DNA of 64,000 nt from Bacteriovoracaceae bacterium (GTDB lineage: Bacteria > Bdellovibrionota > Bacteriovoracia > Bacteriovoracales > Bacteriovoracaceae): the NCBI GenBank assembly GCA_041586955.1, contig JBFGZE010000009.1, positions 1 through 64,000 on the forward strand. Direction: 5' to 3'. Position numbers and translations under genes: made by a program. This document shows positions 47,102 to 55,780 of this stretch, piece after piece. The notes under the pieces were generated by a model. It was not told the DNA's origin. It saw only the letters and a program-made list of their open reading frames with translations, and did no database searches. Numbering within the stretch: the stretch's first letter is position 1; each line of letters begins with the position of its first letter.

Positions 47102-48143
47102 TCGAATGAGTTGCACTAACCCAAATCTTATCAATTGGGTTGCGGTAGGGATTACGGTAAGTATAACTAAATTTAAGCCAGGAAAGATTGAGTTGTGGCA
47201 TTAAGGTAAAAGTTTGGGCATTCACCACGGCCATAAACTTAACAGGGTAATTTTTAATCTGATCCCAAATAAGGCCAATATAGATACCATCAAAAATATC
47301 ATGCCGCTTGCGGTAATGTGCTCCGACCATCGGACTGATACGACCAGTAGGCCATTTTTTATGCCATGTTTGGCGAGCATGGAGGTAAACTGGTGAACCC
47401 ATTAGTGTTTCAGTAGAGTTCATTTTAGTGAGAAGTAATTCTTTAACCTCAATTAAGGTGGTATATTGATCAGTTTTTTTTATCCGTTTAACATCTAAGG
47501 CGATAGATTTTTGATCTTCTATCAAAGAGCCAAAATCATAAAATTCTCCATCCGTGGCCAACGTTATTGCTGAGGCCTGGGCCAAGGTATCAGCTCTTAA
47601 TAATTGATAGGCCGCAAATTCCCAAACCACCTCTTTGGAGGTTTGAATAATACTTCCTAGGCCATATTTGAGATCTTTCCGCGCGTAAACTTGAGCTTTA
47701 GGATTGATGGGATCGTCTTGATTATAGATGGTAATCGAGGCGCCTAAATCCATTTCTGCAATAAGCGCAGGGAAGAAAGTAATACCTTTGATCGTGATAT
47801 CTGGTAAAGGCATAGAAGCAGAAAGGCCAATATCCATATAGCGTTCAGAATTGGCATATTTGGTAAGAACGCCAAACGCATTAGTTAGCTTTTGAGTTGA
47901 AGAGACGGTGTCACTTGTTCCCTCCTTTAAATCACCAATCATTTTTTTAAGCCCTGAAGAGATATCAATATCGGCAGCAAGAAAATTGCGACTGCGGACC
48001 CGCTTTAAATTGCGAATTAATTTGGTTTGGTCACTAAGGTAGGAGAAACGTGTTAATTCAGGTCGCAGAGCAGCGTTAGAAAGAGGGGATAAAAAACTTA
48101 AGAGAAGCATCAATTTAATTGTATTCATAGGTTTACTTGTCAT
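47076..48143 (-). CDS. Hypothetical exported protein, probable beta-barrel
   Basis: Signal peptide (SNA-A); alternating strands ending HSISLSIPFP. Confidence 0.6.
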   Translation of the reverse strand: MTSKPMNTIKLMLLLSFLSPLSNAALRPELTRFSYLSDQTKLIRNLKRVRSRNFLAADIDISSGLKKMIGDLKEGTSDTVSSTQKLTNAFGVLTKYANSERYMDIGLSASMPLPDITIKGITFFPALIAEMDLGASITIYNQDDPINPKAQVYARKDLKYGLGSIIQTSKEVVWEFAAYQLLRADTLAQASAITLATDGEFYDFGSLIEDQKSIALDVKRIKKTDQYTTLIEVKELLLTKMNSTETLMGSPVYLHARQTWHKKWPTGRISPMVGAHYRKRHDIFDGIYIGLIWDQIKNYPVKFMAVVNAQTFTLMPQLNLSWLKFSYTYRNPYRNPIDKIWVSATHSISLSIPFP

Positions 48144-48173
48144 GGGGTTCTATTTATTATAACCGGTTTTATT

Positions 48174-49220
48174 ATGGTGCGACAAATAAATCCAAAGGTC
48201 ATTTACCATCCTCAATTAGAGGCCCGACTCATTGATTACGGGATTGAGATTCCGCTCAAGCTTTCTCGTGTTCAAAAAGTATATGAAACCCTAAGGGCGG
48301 CGGGACATGAATCTTTTTTAATCATTCCAAAGATCGAAAACCTGCCAATTCTTGAAGCTGATCTTTTAGAACAAGTTCATGATCAAGATTTCATTAAACG
48401 TCTAATGGAAAACGGAGAGGGGCCAGAAAGGGAGATGGAAAAGGCCTACGAACTCAAAAATGATCAGGGGGATTATAATCGTTATAATCCCAAGAGTGCC
48501 AAGTTTAATCTGACCCATTTACGTGATTCAATATTACGACATGCTCGTGGCACTTTATGGGCCGCAGAACAGACTTTAGATAATCAATTCTGCTTTTTCT
48601 TGGGCGGTGGCATGCACCATGCGATGAGTTTTGGTGGCCGTGGATTTTGTCCGATCAATGATATTGTATTGGCCATTACTTATTTAAAAAATAAAAAGTT
48701 GATTCAACAGGCATGGGTTATAGATACTGATGCTCATAAAGGTGATGGGACAGCAGAGTTAGCGGAGCATAGGCGAGATCTTTTGACTCTTAGTATTCAT
48801 ATGAAAAATGGATGGCCCTTAGATGGACCTCGTTTTGACTCCAAAGGACAATTACACCCCTGGTTTATTCCCTCTAATATCGATATTGGTATTGCTAAAG
48901 GTCATGAGAATGCTTATTTACCTCGACTCGTAGATGGCCTCAATGCGTTGGCGGCAATTGAAAAACCGCTTCCAGAATTGGCCATCGTTGTGGCCGGTGC
49001 CGACCCCTACGAAGGAGACGAGTTGCCCAGTAGTGCCCGCCTCAACCTATCTAAGGAAGATATGCTGAAGCGGGATCAATTGGTTTTTAATTTTCTAAAA
49101 GAAAAGGGCATCCCCCAATTATGGGTAATGGGGGGAGGATATGGTGATTCAACCTGGGAAATTTACGAGCAGTTTCTTAATTGGGTGATTACCTCTCATG
49201 GGGCAGGGTCCGCCTCTTAG
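48174..49220 (+). CDS. Histone deacetylase-family Zn hydrolase
   Basis: GGGMHHA, GFC, DTDAHKGDG, GADP, GGGY. Confidence 0.92.
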   Translation: MVRQINPKVIYHPQLEARLIDYGIEIPLKLSRVQKVYETLRAAGHESFLIIPKIENLPILEADLLEQVHDQDFIKRLMENGEGPEREMEKAYELKNDQGDYNRYNPKSAKFNLTHLRDSILRHARGTLWAAEQTLDNQFCFFLGGGMHHAMSFGGRGFCPINDIVLAITYLKNKKLIQQAWVIDTDAHKGDGTAELAEHRRDLLTLSIHMKNGWPLDGPRFDSKGQLHPWFIPSNIDIGIAKGHENAYLPRLVDGLNALAAIEKPLPELAIVVAGADPYEGDELPSSARLNLSKEDMLKRDQLVFNFLKEKGIPQLWVMGGGYGDSTWEIYEQFLNWVITSHGAGSAS

Positions 49221-50550
49221 GACGAAAATAACTGCGTGGTGAGTACGCTAGTAAATCACTGACTTTAGTCATATAGATACAAGCATATTTTTCCACTTGG
49301 TCGGCAAAGCGACTTTCCTCTTGACCGGCCCTCATCATTTCACCCCAATAAGGATTAAATAATTTTCTATATTGATCGATGAGTTTGCCAATTGACTCAT
49401 TGATCACAGCAATGTCTTTATGAAATGTTTCATCAACCTTGGGGTCCGTTTTTTCACCCTTATCGGCCTGTTGGGCCTTAAGCTCATTGAGATCGTGTTC
49501 TAAAACTTCTTTTTCTTCCATTAATTGATCTATCTTTTCTTGAATCGGAGCTGATTGTTTGATGGCATTGACCTCTTCTTCTAAGGGGTCAAGAACCAGG
49601 CCTGTTCGCCAATTAAAAGTTTTCTTAATAGAAACAACATCACCATAAATATGATCCCCTAAATAGAGAATCTCTTCGCCTTCAAGGTTCAGGTCTTTTT
49701 GTAATTTGCCGGCAGAGCCACCTTGATAAACGCCATTGGTAATCACTCCCTCTGCATTGGACATGAGACCATTGCTGGGGTCGATCGCTAAAAAGCCACT
49801 AGGGTTAGTGAAAAAGGAGGGTTTGCGACTGAGAGTAATAGTAATATCAAAAAGCTCCATCCAATTTTTATGCTCTTTTAAATAAGGGTCAATGGCATAT
49901 TCCAATAAGGCCTTTGTGTATTCAAACTCTGAATTGGTAATGACCATTATTTTTTTGCCATAACGCTTAAGTCTTTCCATGAGTTCGACCACTTGTGGGT
50001 CTTTAATGACATATTTATCTAGGTTTTGCCTAAGTTGAGATTTAAGAGTGCCATCGGCATGGGCCATATCGAGAGCATCTTTAATGTCTTGCGCGAGAAT
50101 ATGATATTCCGGAATCTTGGCGCCCTGTTCTTTGAGCTCTACTAATTGGGAAAAGAGAACGCCATTGGAAATAGAGAAAGAGGTATCTAAGCTTTGGAAT
50201 TGATCTTGCGAGAGATCAATCACTCGATTGCTATAGATACTTTGTTGTTCGTGAAATTCCAGGCGCTTTTCACCATGATATGCATTTTTAACTTTTCCAA
50301 AGCGGCTAATCTTGAGCAGATTTCCCCGGTTTTTGTCGATGACTAGGCCTTGAATCGCCCTTTGAAAGTTAAAAGTGAGTTCTCCAACTTCCTTTGGGAA
50401 ATTTTTGACGTCGACCAGTTTCTTGATCACGATTTGGTGAACTAAATGCTCAAATTCTTCGGTATTATAACGAACAAGTGTATAGTCCATATCAAAGCCA
50501 ATCGCCTTGATCTTTTTTAAATTGAGGGTACGGTTTACAAAAACATCCAT
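49189..50550 (-). CDS. HAD-IG (cN-II-type) 5'-nucleotidase
   Basis: GFDMDYTL, ITNS, KPSFF, YLGDHIYGD, YACIY. Confidence 0.92.
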   Translation of the reverse strand: MDVFVNRTLNLKKIKAIGFDMDYTLVRYNTEEFEHLVHQIVIKKLVDVKNFPKEVGELTFNFQRAIQGLVIDKNRGNLLKISRFGKVKNAYHGEKRLEFHEQQSIYSNRVIDLSQDQFQSLDTSFSISNGVLFSQLVELKEQGAKIPEYHILAQDIKDALDMAHADGTLKSQLRQNLDKYVIKDPQVVELMERLKRYGKKIMVITNSEFEYTKALLEYAIDPYLKEHKNWMELFDITITLSRKPSFFTNPSGFLAIDPSNGLMSNAEGVITNGVYQGGSAGKLQKDLNLEGEEILYLGDHIYGDVVSIKKTFNWRTGLVLDPLEEEVNAIKQSAPIQEKIDQLMEEKEVLEHDLNELKAQQADKGEKTDPKVDETFHKDIAVINESIGKLIDQYRKLFNPYWGEMMRAGQEESRFADQVEKYACIYMTKVSDLLAYSPRSYFRPKRRTLPHER

Positions 50551-50665
50551 ATTTACTTTCCTTTTATCCAGCGCATTATCCTATCAAAAGACTAAAAATA
50601 ACGTCAACACGCTAGTCACATGATTCTAGGCCAGATACAATAACAATGGCCTAGGAGAGATATGT

Positions 50666-51442
50666 ATGAAAGTGTTTTTATCAATTATTGGTGCCCTTTT
50701 TGTTAATTATTCAGTATTTGCAGAGACGCCAGAAGTTAAGGGCACACGTATTGCGCAGCAAGTGAAAGCGTATAATACCGGCTTTATCGGTGAGTCCAGT
50801 TCAATGAAAATGACTTTGGTTGACGCATATGGCACTAAGACAGAGCGCTTAATGGATGGTATCGGTTTAGAGGTTCCTGAAGATGGTAACAAATTCATTA
50901 TGATGTTTAATCGGCCCCATGATGTGAAAGGCACCAAAATGCTGACCTGGGGTCATAAAGATAAAGATGATGACCAATGGCTCTATTTGCCAAGTCTTAA
51001 ACGAGTGAAAAGAATTTCTAGTCGCACTCGCTCCTCTTCCTTTATGGGAAGTGAGTTTAGCTATGAAGACCTTGGCTCCCAGGAAATTGAAAAATATCAT
51101 TATACTTTTTTAAAAGACTCTATCGTTGGCAAGGATGCGGTATGGGTTCTTCAGCGTATCTCTCGAAAGAAAAGTGGTTATAGTAAAGAGATCGTTTATA
51201 TATCAAAAAAAATGCATCAAGCTGTAAAGGTCGAATATTTTGACCGCAAAAATGAGCTTTTGAAAATTGGGACCTTTTCTGATTTTAAAGAATTCAAGGT
51301 AGGCGATAAAACATTCTTCCGTCCCTCCCAAATACATATGAAAAATAAGCAAACAAAGAAAGAATCTTATTTTGTGGTGCTCTCTCGCCAGTTGGGTGTG
51401 AAGCATGCCAATCGTAAATTTTCAAAAAATGCTTTAAAATAA
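50666..51442 (+). CDS. Outer-membrane lipoprotein-sorting (LolA-like) periplasmic protein
   Basis: Signal peptide; DVKGTKML, DDQWLYLPSLKRVKRI, FMGSEFSYEDL. Confidence 0.88.
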   Translation: MKVFLSIIGALFVNYSVFAETPEVKGTRIAQQVKAYNTGFIGESSSMKMTLVDAYGTKTERLMDGIGLEVPEDGNKFIMMFNRPHDVKGTKMLTWGHKDKDDDQWLYLPSLKRVKRISSRTRSSSFMGSEFSYEDLGSQEIEKYHYTFLKDSIVGKDAVWVLQRISRKKSGYSKEIVYISKKMHQAVKVEYFDRKNELLKIGTFSDFKEFKVGDKTFFRPSQIHMKNKQTKKESYFVVLSRQLGVKHANRKFSKNALK

Positions 51443-51443
51443 G

Positions 51444-52757
51444 ATGAAAAATAAGCTTTTCAAGTCAACATTTTTTCTTTTTGTTTTACAGGGCCTCGTT
51501 TTGGCAGAAGATAGTCCCTGGTCTTCTTTGGGGCATACGCAATTTGAATACCGACGCTTCGTTAACGAGAGGGATAACGACCAATTTTCAAGTGGTCTTA
51601 CCACAGAGCAATTTAAAGAGAATGTGTCCTTTCTTCACCGTCTTGCAGTGAAGTATCAGAGTGGGATGGTTAAGGCGCAGTTTTCTGGGTTTGGCCGTCT
51701 CGACTCTAGAGACAAAGAACGCAATTTTTTATTCGTCGAGGACTTTTACACGTCAATTTTTTTTGAGGGCGAACAATATTTTTCGGCAGGTGTTGGCCAT
51801 CGTGTTTATAATTGGTCGGCAATGGAAGCGTTTCATCCGACAGACATTATCAATGGCCGCAATCTTGACTCTGATGTGGAAAATTTTGAAAAGAGAGGGG
51901 AGCTATCGCTTGAGCTCGAATACTCTCGCGGCGATAATCAATTTAAATTATTCGTCTGGCCTTATCCCGCATTTAACAAATACCCATCATCTAAATCCCG
52001 GGCCGGGACGGGGGTGAGTATAGAGGATCATGCTCTCGCCAATAGCTCTGGCCTTCAAACTGAACGCTGGCAGACGGGGTGGGGTTTTCTCGGTAATTTT
52101 AATATTCTTGATGCTGATGTCAGTATGCATTGGATCTATACTTATGATCGCGCTCATCCTTTAATCGGTTATGAAACCCAGACGATTTTTGGCAATGTAT
52201 TGCCAACCGGTAATTTAAAATCTTTTTATGGCCTTGTTCATCAATTTGGCGGCACTATTTCTCGCCCAATTAATGAGCTTATGGTGAAGCTTGAAATGGT
52301 TTATCGCGATTATGTTAATGCCGATAATATTTATACGACTAATGGTATCCGCCAATTTGAGTCACATGGAGAAATTGCCTTTGGCCTAGAGTACTCTATT
52401 GAAGTGGAGAGTCTTGGCCATGATGTAACCCTCTTTGGCGAAGTGAATACCTTGACAGGACTTAAAGAAGAGATTGCTCTTCAGACATCAGTTTTTCAAA
52501 AAGATCTTCTGATGGGAATGCGTTGGAATTTTAATGATGCCAATGCTAAGGAAATTTCCCTTATCTCTATCCTTGATCTCGATCAAATCTCAGAAAAGGC
52601 CATTATTGGTAGCTATTCCCAGCGGCTGGATGATTTTTGGAAATTGAAATTAGGTATGCGTTATTATGATGCAAAAGATGAAAATGGTATTTCCTCCGGT
52701 TTTGAAGCTTATCATGAGGACCATCTCGTCTATACGAATTTGATTCGTTATTTTTAA
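51444..52757 (+). CDS. Putative outer-membrane beta-barrel
   Basis: Signal peptide; amphipathic strands; terminal YF; lies between the LolA-like and MMPL genes. Confidence 0.75.
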   Translation: MKNKLFKSTFFLFVLQGLVLAEDSPWSSLGHTQFEYRRFVNERDNDQFSSGLTTEQFKENVSFLHRLAVKYQSGMVKAQFSGFGRLDSRDKERNFLFVEDFYTSIFFEGEQYFSAGVGHRVYNWSAMEAFHPTDIINGRNLDSDVENFEKRGELSLELEYSRGDNQFKLFVWPYPAFNKYPSSKSRAGTGVSIEDHALANSSGLQTERWQTGWGFLGNFNILDADVSMHWIYTYDRAHPLIGYETQTIFGNVLPTGNLKSFYGLVHQFGGTISRPINELMVKLEMVYRDYVNADNIYTTNGIRQFESHGEIAFGLEYSIEVESLGHDVTLFGEVNTLTGLKEEIALQTSVFQKDLLMGMRWNFNDANAKEISLISILDLDQISEKAIIGSYSQRLDDFWKLKLGMRYYDAKDENGISSGFEAYHEDHLVYTNLIRYF

Positions 52758-52765
52758 GGTGATAA

Positions 52766-55081
52766 ATGGATTTTCACATCAAAAAAAATTGGGCCAACCG
52801 CTTTGTTGAGTGGGTGACCAAGAATGCTAAAACATCTTTTCTTCTCTGTTTGATTTTTTTCGCCTTCATGGTCCCGGGCCTGCAATATTTTGGCGAGCAG
52901 TATGACGTCAAAATCTGGTTTAGAGAAACCGATTCTCTTCTTCAAAATCTCAACCGATTTGAACGGCAATTTGGAAACGATGAAAAATTAATTGTCGCTT
53001 TTAAAAATCCAAAAGGGATCTTTAATGAGGAAAGTCTCGCCTATATTGAAAAGATGACCGAGAGTTTATGGCGCCTGAAGGATGTGGTTCGAGTTGACTC
53101 GCTCTCAAATTTTCAACAGGGAGAAGGTGTTGATGATGAGATTATTATAGAACCTTTCCTACCTGAAGATTGGCAAAAACGGCCGAATTTATCGCAGTTT
53201 TTAAAGGATAAAAAGGCCCAGGCCCTATCGCATAAGGTGTTACCTGATTATTTGGTCAGCAAGGATGGAAAATCAGTCTTATTCTTTTGTTACCTGAGTA
53301 AACCTGAAAATGGGGGGCCTCCTTATTCTCAAATTATGGCAAACGTGGAGGCCTTATTTGCCAATAATCCACCACAAAATGGTGAGTATTACTTTTTGGG
53401 GGATGCCCAAATTAATCATTCTTTTAAAAAGACTGCTATCGACGATATGAGTTTCATCCTACCGATTCTGCTCTTATTAATCGTCGTTTATTTGGCCGTT
53501 CTTTTTCGCTCTTTAGTGGCGGTTTTTATTCCACTTTTTGTCATCGGAACCTCTTTGATTGGTACTATGGGCGCTGTTTTTTACCTCGGTTATAAATTTA
53601 ATAATATGATGTCGATTTTGCCCGCCATTATTATTGCGACGGGAATCGCTGATAGTGTTCATATTCTTATGAGTTTTTATCAGTTTCTGGGCGAAGGGAA
53701 AGAGCAAAAGGACGCCGTTTATTCCGCCCTTAAGAAAAATTTAATTCCGACTCTCTTAACGACCATCTCCACTGTCATTGGCTTTTTTAGTCTGACATTT
53801 ACGGAATTGATGCCAATTCGCTCTCTGGGAATCGCAGGTGCTATTGGTTGCTTTTTTGCCTGGCTTGTTACCGTCTTTATGGTGATCCCGATCCTTCTTT
53901 GGGTCAAAATTAAAGTTCCTGGCCACTTCGTCAACGGTCAAGAAAAAGACATTGGGCGCGCCCGTAAAATGACTTTATTGATTGCCCGTTTCCGTCGATC
54001 AATTCTTTGTGGCAGTATAATCTTGTCTATGATTGCCCTTATTTTGGCCTGTCAGGTCGAAGTGAATTCTGATCCGATGAAATACTTCAGTATGAAAATG
54101 CCCATACGTATCGCCCATCAAGTGGTCGAAAGCGAATTCGGTGGTTCTAGTGGCCCTGAGATCGTTATTGAAGCGGGAGGTGAGGATAAAATTAAAGAAC
54201 CCTCTTTTTTAAAGAATGTTGAGGCCCTTAAGTATTGGCTGGAAGAGAAACCCTTCGTTAATCGTAGTATCGATATTGTTGATACCATTAAACAAATGAA
54301 TAAAACTCTCAATGGGGGAGACGAGCGCTTTTATCTCATCCCAGAAACAAAAAATATGGTGGCAGAAGAATTATTTCTTTTTTCGATGGGGCTACCCCAG
54401 GGGATGGATCTCAATAATCGCATGACCATTAAAAATGATGCCATTCGTATGAGTATTATCTGGCATATTTATGATAGTCAAACTTGGCTTAAAGAAGTTC
54501 AAGTTATTGAGAAAAAGGCAGAAGAGCTTAATCTTAAAATATGGATTACTGGCAAATTTCATCTTTTTCAACGTATGATCAATTATGTCGTGATGACTTT
54601 TTTCTCATCCGTCTCAATGGCGATGGGTCTGGTTGCTATTTTAATGATGTTTGTCTTTCGCTCTTTTAAATTAGGCCTCATCTCTCTCATTCCCAACGTT
54701 TTACCTCTTATTTTTGGAGGAGCTCTGATGTACTTATTGGGAATCGATCTTAATATTGGTTCAGCGTTGGTGGCCTCTGTTTGCCTTGGAATTGCGATAG
54801 ATGACACCATTCATTTTCTTTCCCATTTTCAAAAGATGCAACTAAAGGGGAAAGGTATTATGGAGAATATCGAACACACTTTTCGCTATACTGGTAGTGC
54901 TTTAATCGTAACAACGATGGTTTTGGCCTCAGGTTTTGGCCTTTATATGCTTGGTAATTTTGTCCCTAATATCCATTTTGGTATTCTCTGTGCGATCATA
55001 TTAACAATGGCACTTATTATTGATTTAATATTCTTACCAGCGCTTTTAATGACTATTTTTAAAGAAAAGGAGAAATTCTAG
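52766..55081 (+). CDS. MMPL/RND-family transporter
   Basis: Two pseudo-repeats with GIADSVHI and GIAIDDTIHF; about 12 TM segments. Confidence 0.9.
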   Translation: MDFHIKKNWANRFVEWVTKNAKTSFLLCLIFFAFMVPGLQYFGEQYDVKIWFRETDSLLQNLNRFERQFGNDEKLIVAFKNPKGIFNEESLAYIEKMTESLWRLKDVVRVDSLSNFQQGEGVDDEIIIEPFLPEDWQKRPNLSQFLKDKKAQALSHKVLPDYLVSKDGKSVLFFCYLSKPENGGPPYSQIMANVEALFANNPPQNGEYYFLGDAQINHSFKKTAIDDMSFILPILLLLIVVYLAVLFRSLVAVFIPLFVIGTSLIGTMGAVFYLGYKFNNMMSILPAIIIATGIADSVHILMSFYQFLGEGKEQKDAVYSALKKNLIPTLLTTISTVIGFFSLTFTELMPIRSLGIAGAIGCFFAWLVTVFMVIPILLWVKIKVPGHFVNGQEKDIGRARKMTLLIARFRRSILCGSIILSMIALILACQVEVNSDPMKYFSMKMPIRIAHQVVESEFGGSSGPEIVIEAGGEDKIKEPSFLKNVEALKYWLEEKPFVNRSIDIVDTIKQMNKTLNGGDERFYLIPETKNMVAEELFLFSMGLPQGMDLNNRMTIKNDAIRMSIIWHIYDSQTWLKEVQVIEKKAEELNLKIWITGKFHLFQRMINYVVMTFFSSVSMAMGLVAILMMFVFRSFKLGLISLIPNVLPLIFGGALMYLLGIDLNIGSALVASVCLGIAIDDTIHFLSHFQKMQLKGKGIMENIEHTFRYTGSALIVTTMVLASGFGLYMLGNFVPNIHFGILCAIILTMALIIDLIFLPALLMTIFKEKEKF

Positions 55082-55596
55082 TGGCAATGGGACCAGCGCA
55101 CGATAAATTTAATTTCTTCTTTGGCTCCCTCGCTGTGGGAGTCCTAATTGGATTGCAAAAATCACCGGGTATATTTCTATCCTTTGGCCTTGGTTTTTTT
55201 GTTTCGACTTGGATTTTAAGCCCCGATTTAGATTTAGGTCCTAAGAAACGCGCCGGTCTTTTACGCCTTTTTCTCTATCCATATTCTCTTATAATGAGTC
55301 ATCGAGGCCTTTCTCATTGGCCGATTCTGGGCACCTTAACTCGTATCATCTATCTCATCTTTATTTCTGCTGTGGTGATATTTATAGGGCATAGAATGAA
55401 TTATCTAACTTACTCAGCGGAAGATTTTCTCTATTCTATTACCCATATCCTAAAGTTTTTTGATTATGAAAAGCCGGTTTATCAATGGCTTGTCTGGTCC
55501 ATAGGCGGCATGCTCTTTGCTGATTGCACTCATCTTTTATTAGATAATCTGTCATCTTTTTGGAAAAAACTGTGCCGTATTGTGTTGCGTCGTTAA
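55081..55596 (+). CDS. DUF2227-like membrane metal-binding protein
   Basis: HD, LSPDLD, HRGLSHWP, HLLLD. Confidence 0.8.
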   Translation: MAMGPAHDKFNFFFGSLAVGVLIGLQKSPGIFLSFGLGFFVSTWILSPDLDLGPKKRAGLLRLFLYPYSLIMSHRGLSHWPILGTLTRIIYLIFISAVVIFIGHRMNYLTYSAEDFLYSITHILKFFDYEKPVYQWLVWSIGGMLFADCTHLLLDNLSSFWKKLCRIVLRR

Positions 55597-55611
55597 ATAC
55601 TTAAAAAGGGC

Positions 55612-55640
55612 TTGTCAGTTAATAATCTTTTCGTTAAATT
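55612..55640 (+). promoter_or_regulatory. sigma70 promoter of tRNA-Ala
   Basis: TTGTCA-17 nt-TAAATT. Confidence 0.7.
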
Positions 55641-55657
55641 AACTCCACTATAAAAAT

Positions 55658-55733
55658 GGGCCGGTAGCTCAGTTGGGAGAGCGCGACGCTGGCAGCGTTG
55701 AGGTCGCAGGTTCGATCCCTGTTCGGTCCACCA
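55658..55733 (+). tRNA. tRNA-Ala(GGC)
   Basis: 76 nt cloverleaf; G3:U70; anticodon arm CGACG-CTGGCAG-CGTTG; GGTTCGA; encoded CCA. Confidence 0.97.
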
Positions 55734-55780
55734 TTTTACTATAGACCAGAAGATACCAAATTCAAGATTTCGTCTTAAAT

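Noticed and set aside
55689..55695. C32-G38 pair in the tRNA anticodon loop as an anomaly
   Set aside because: A known feature of many tRNA-Ala(GGC).
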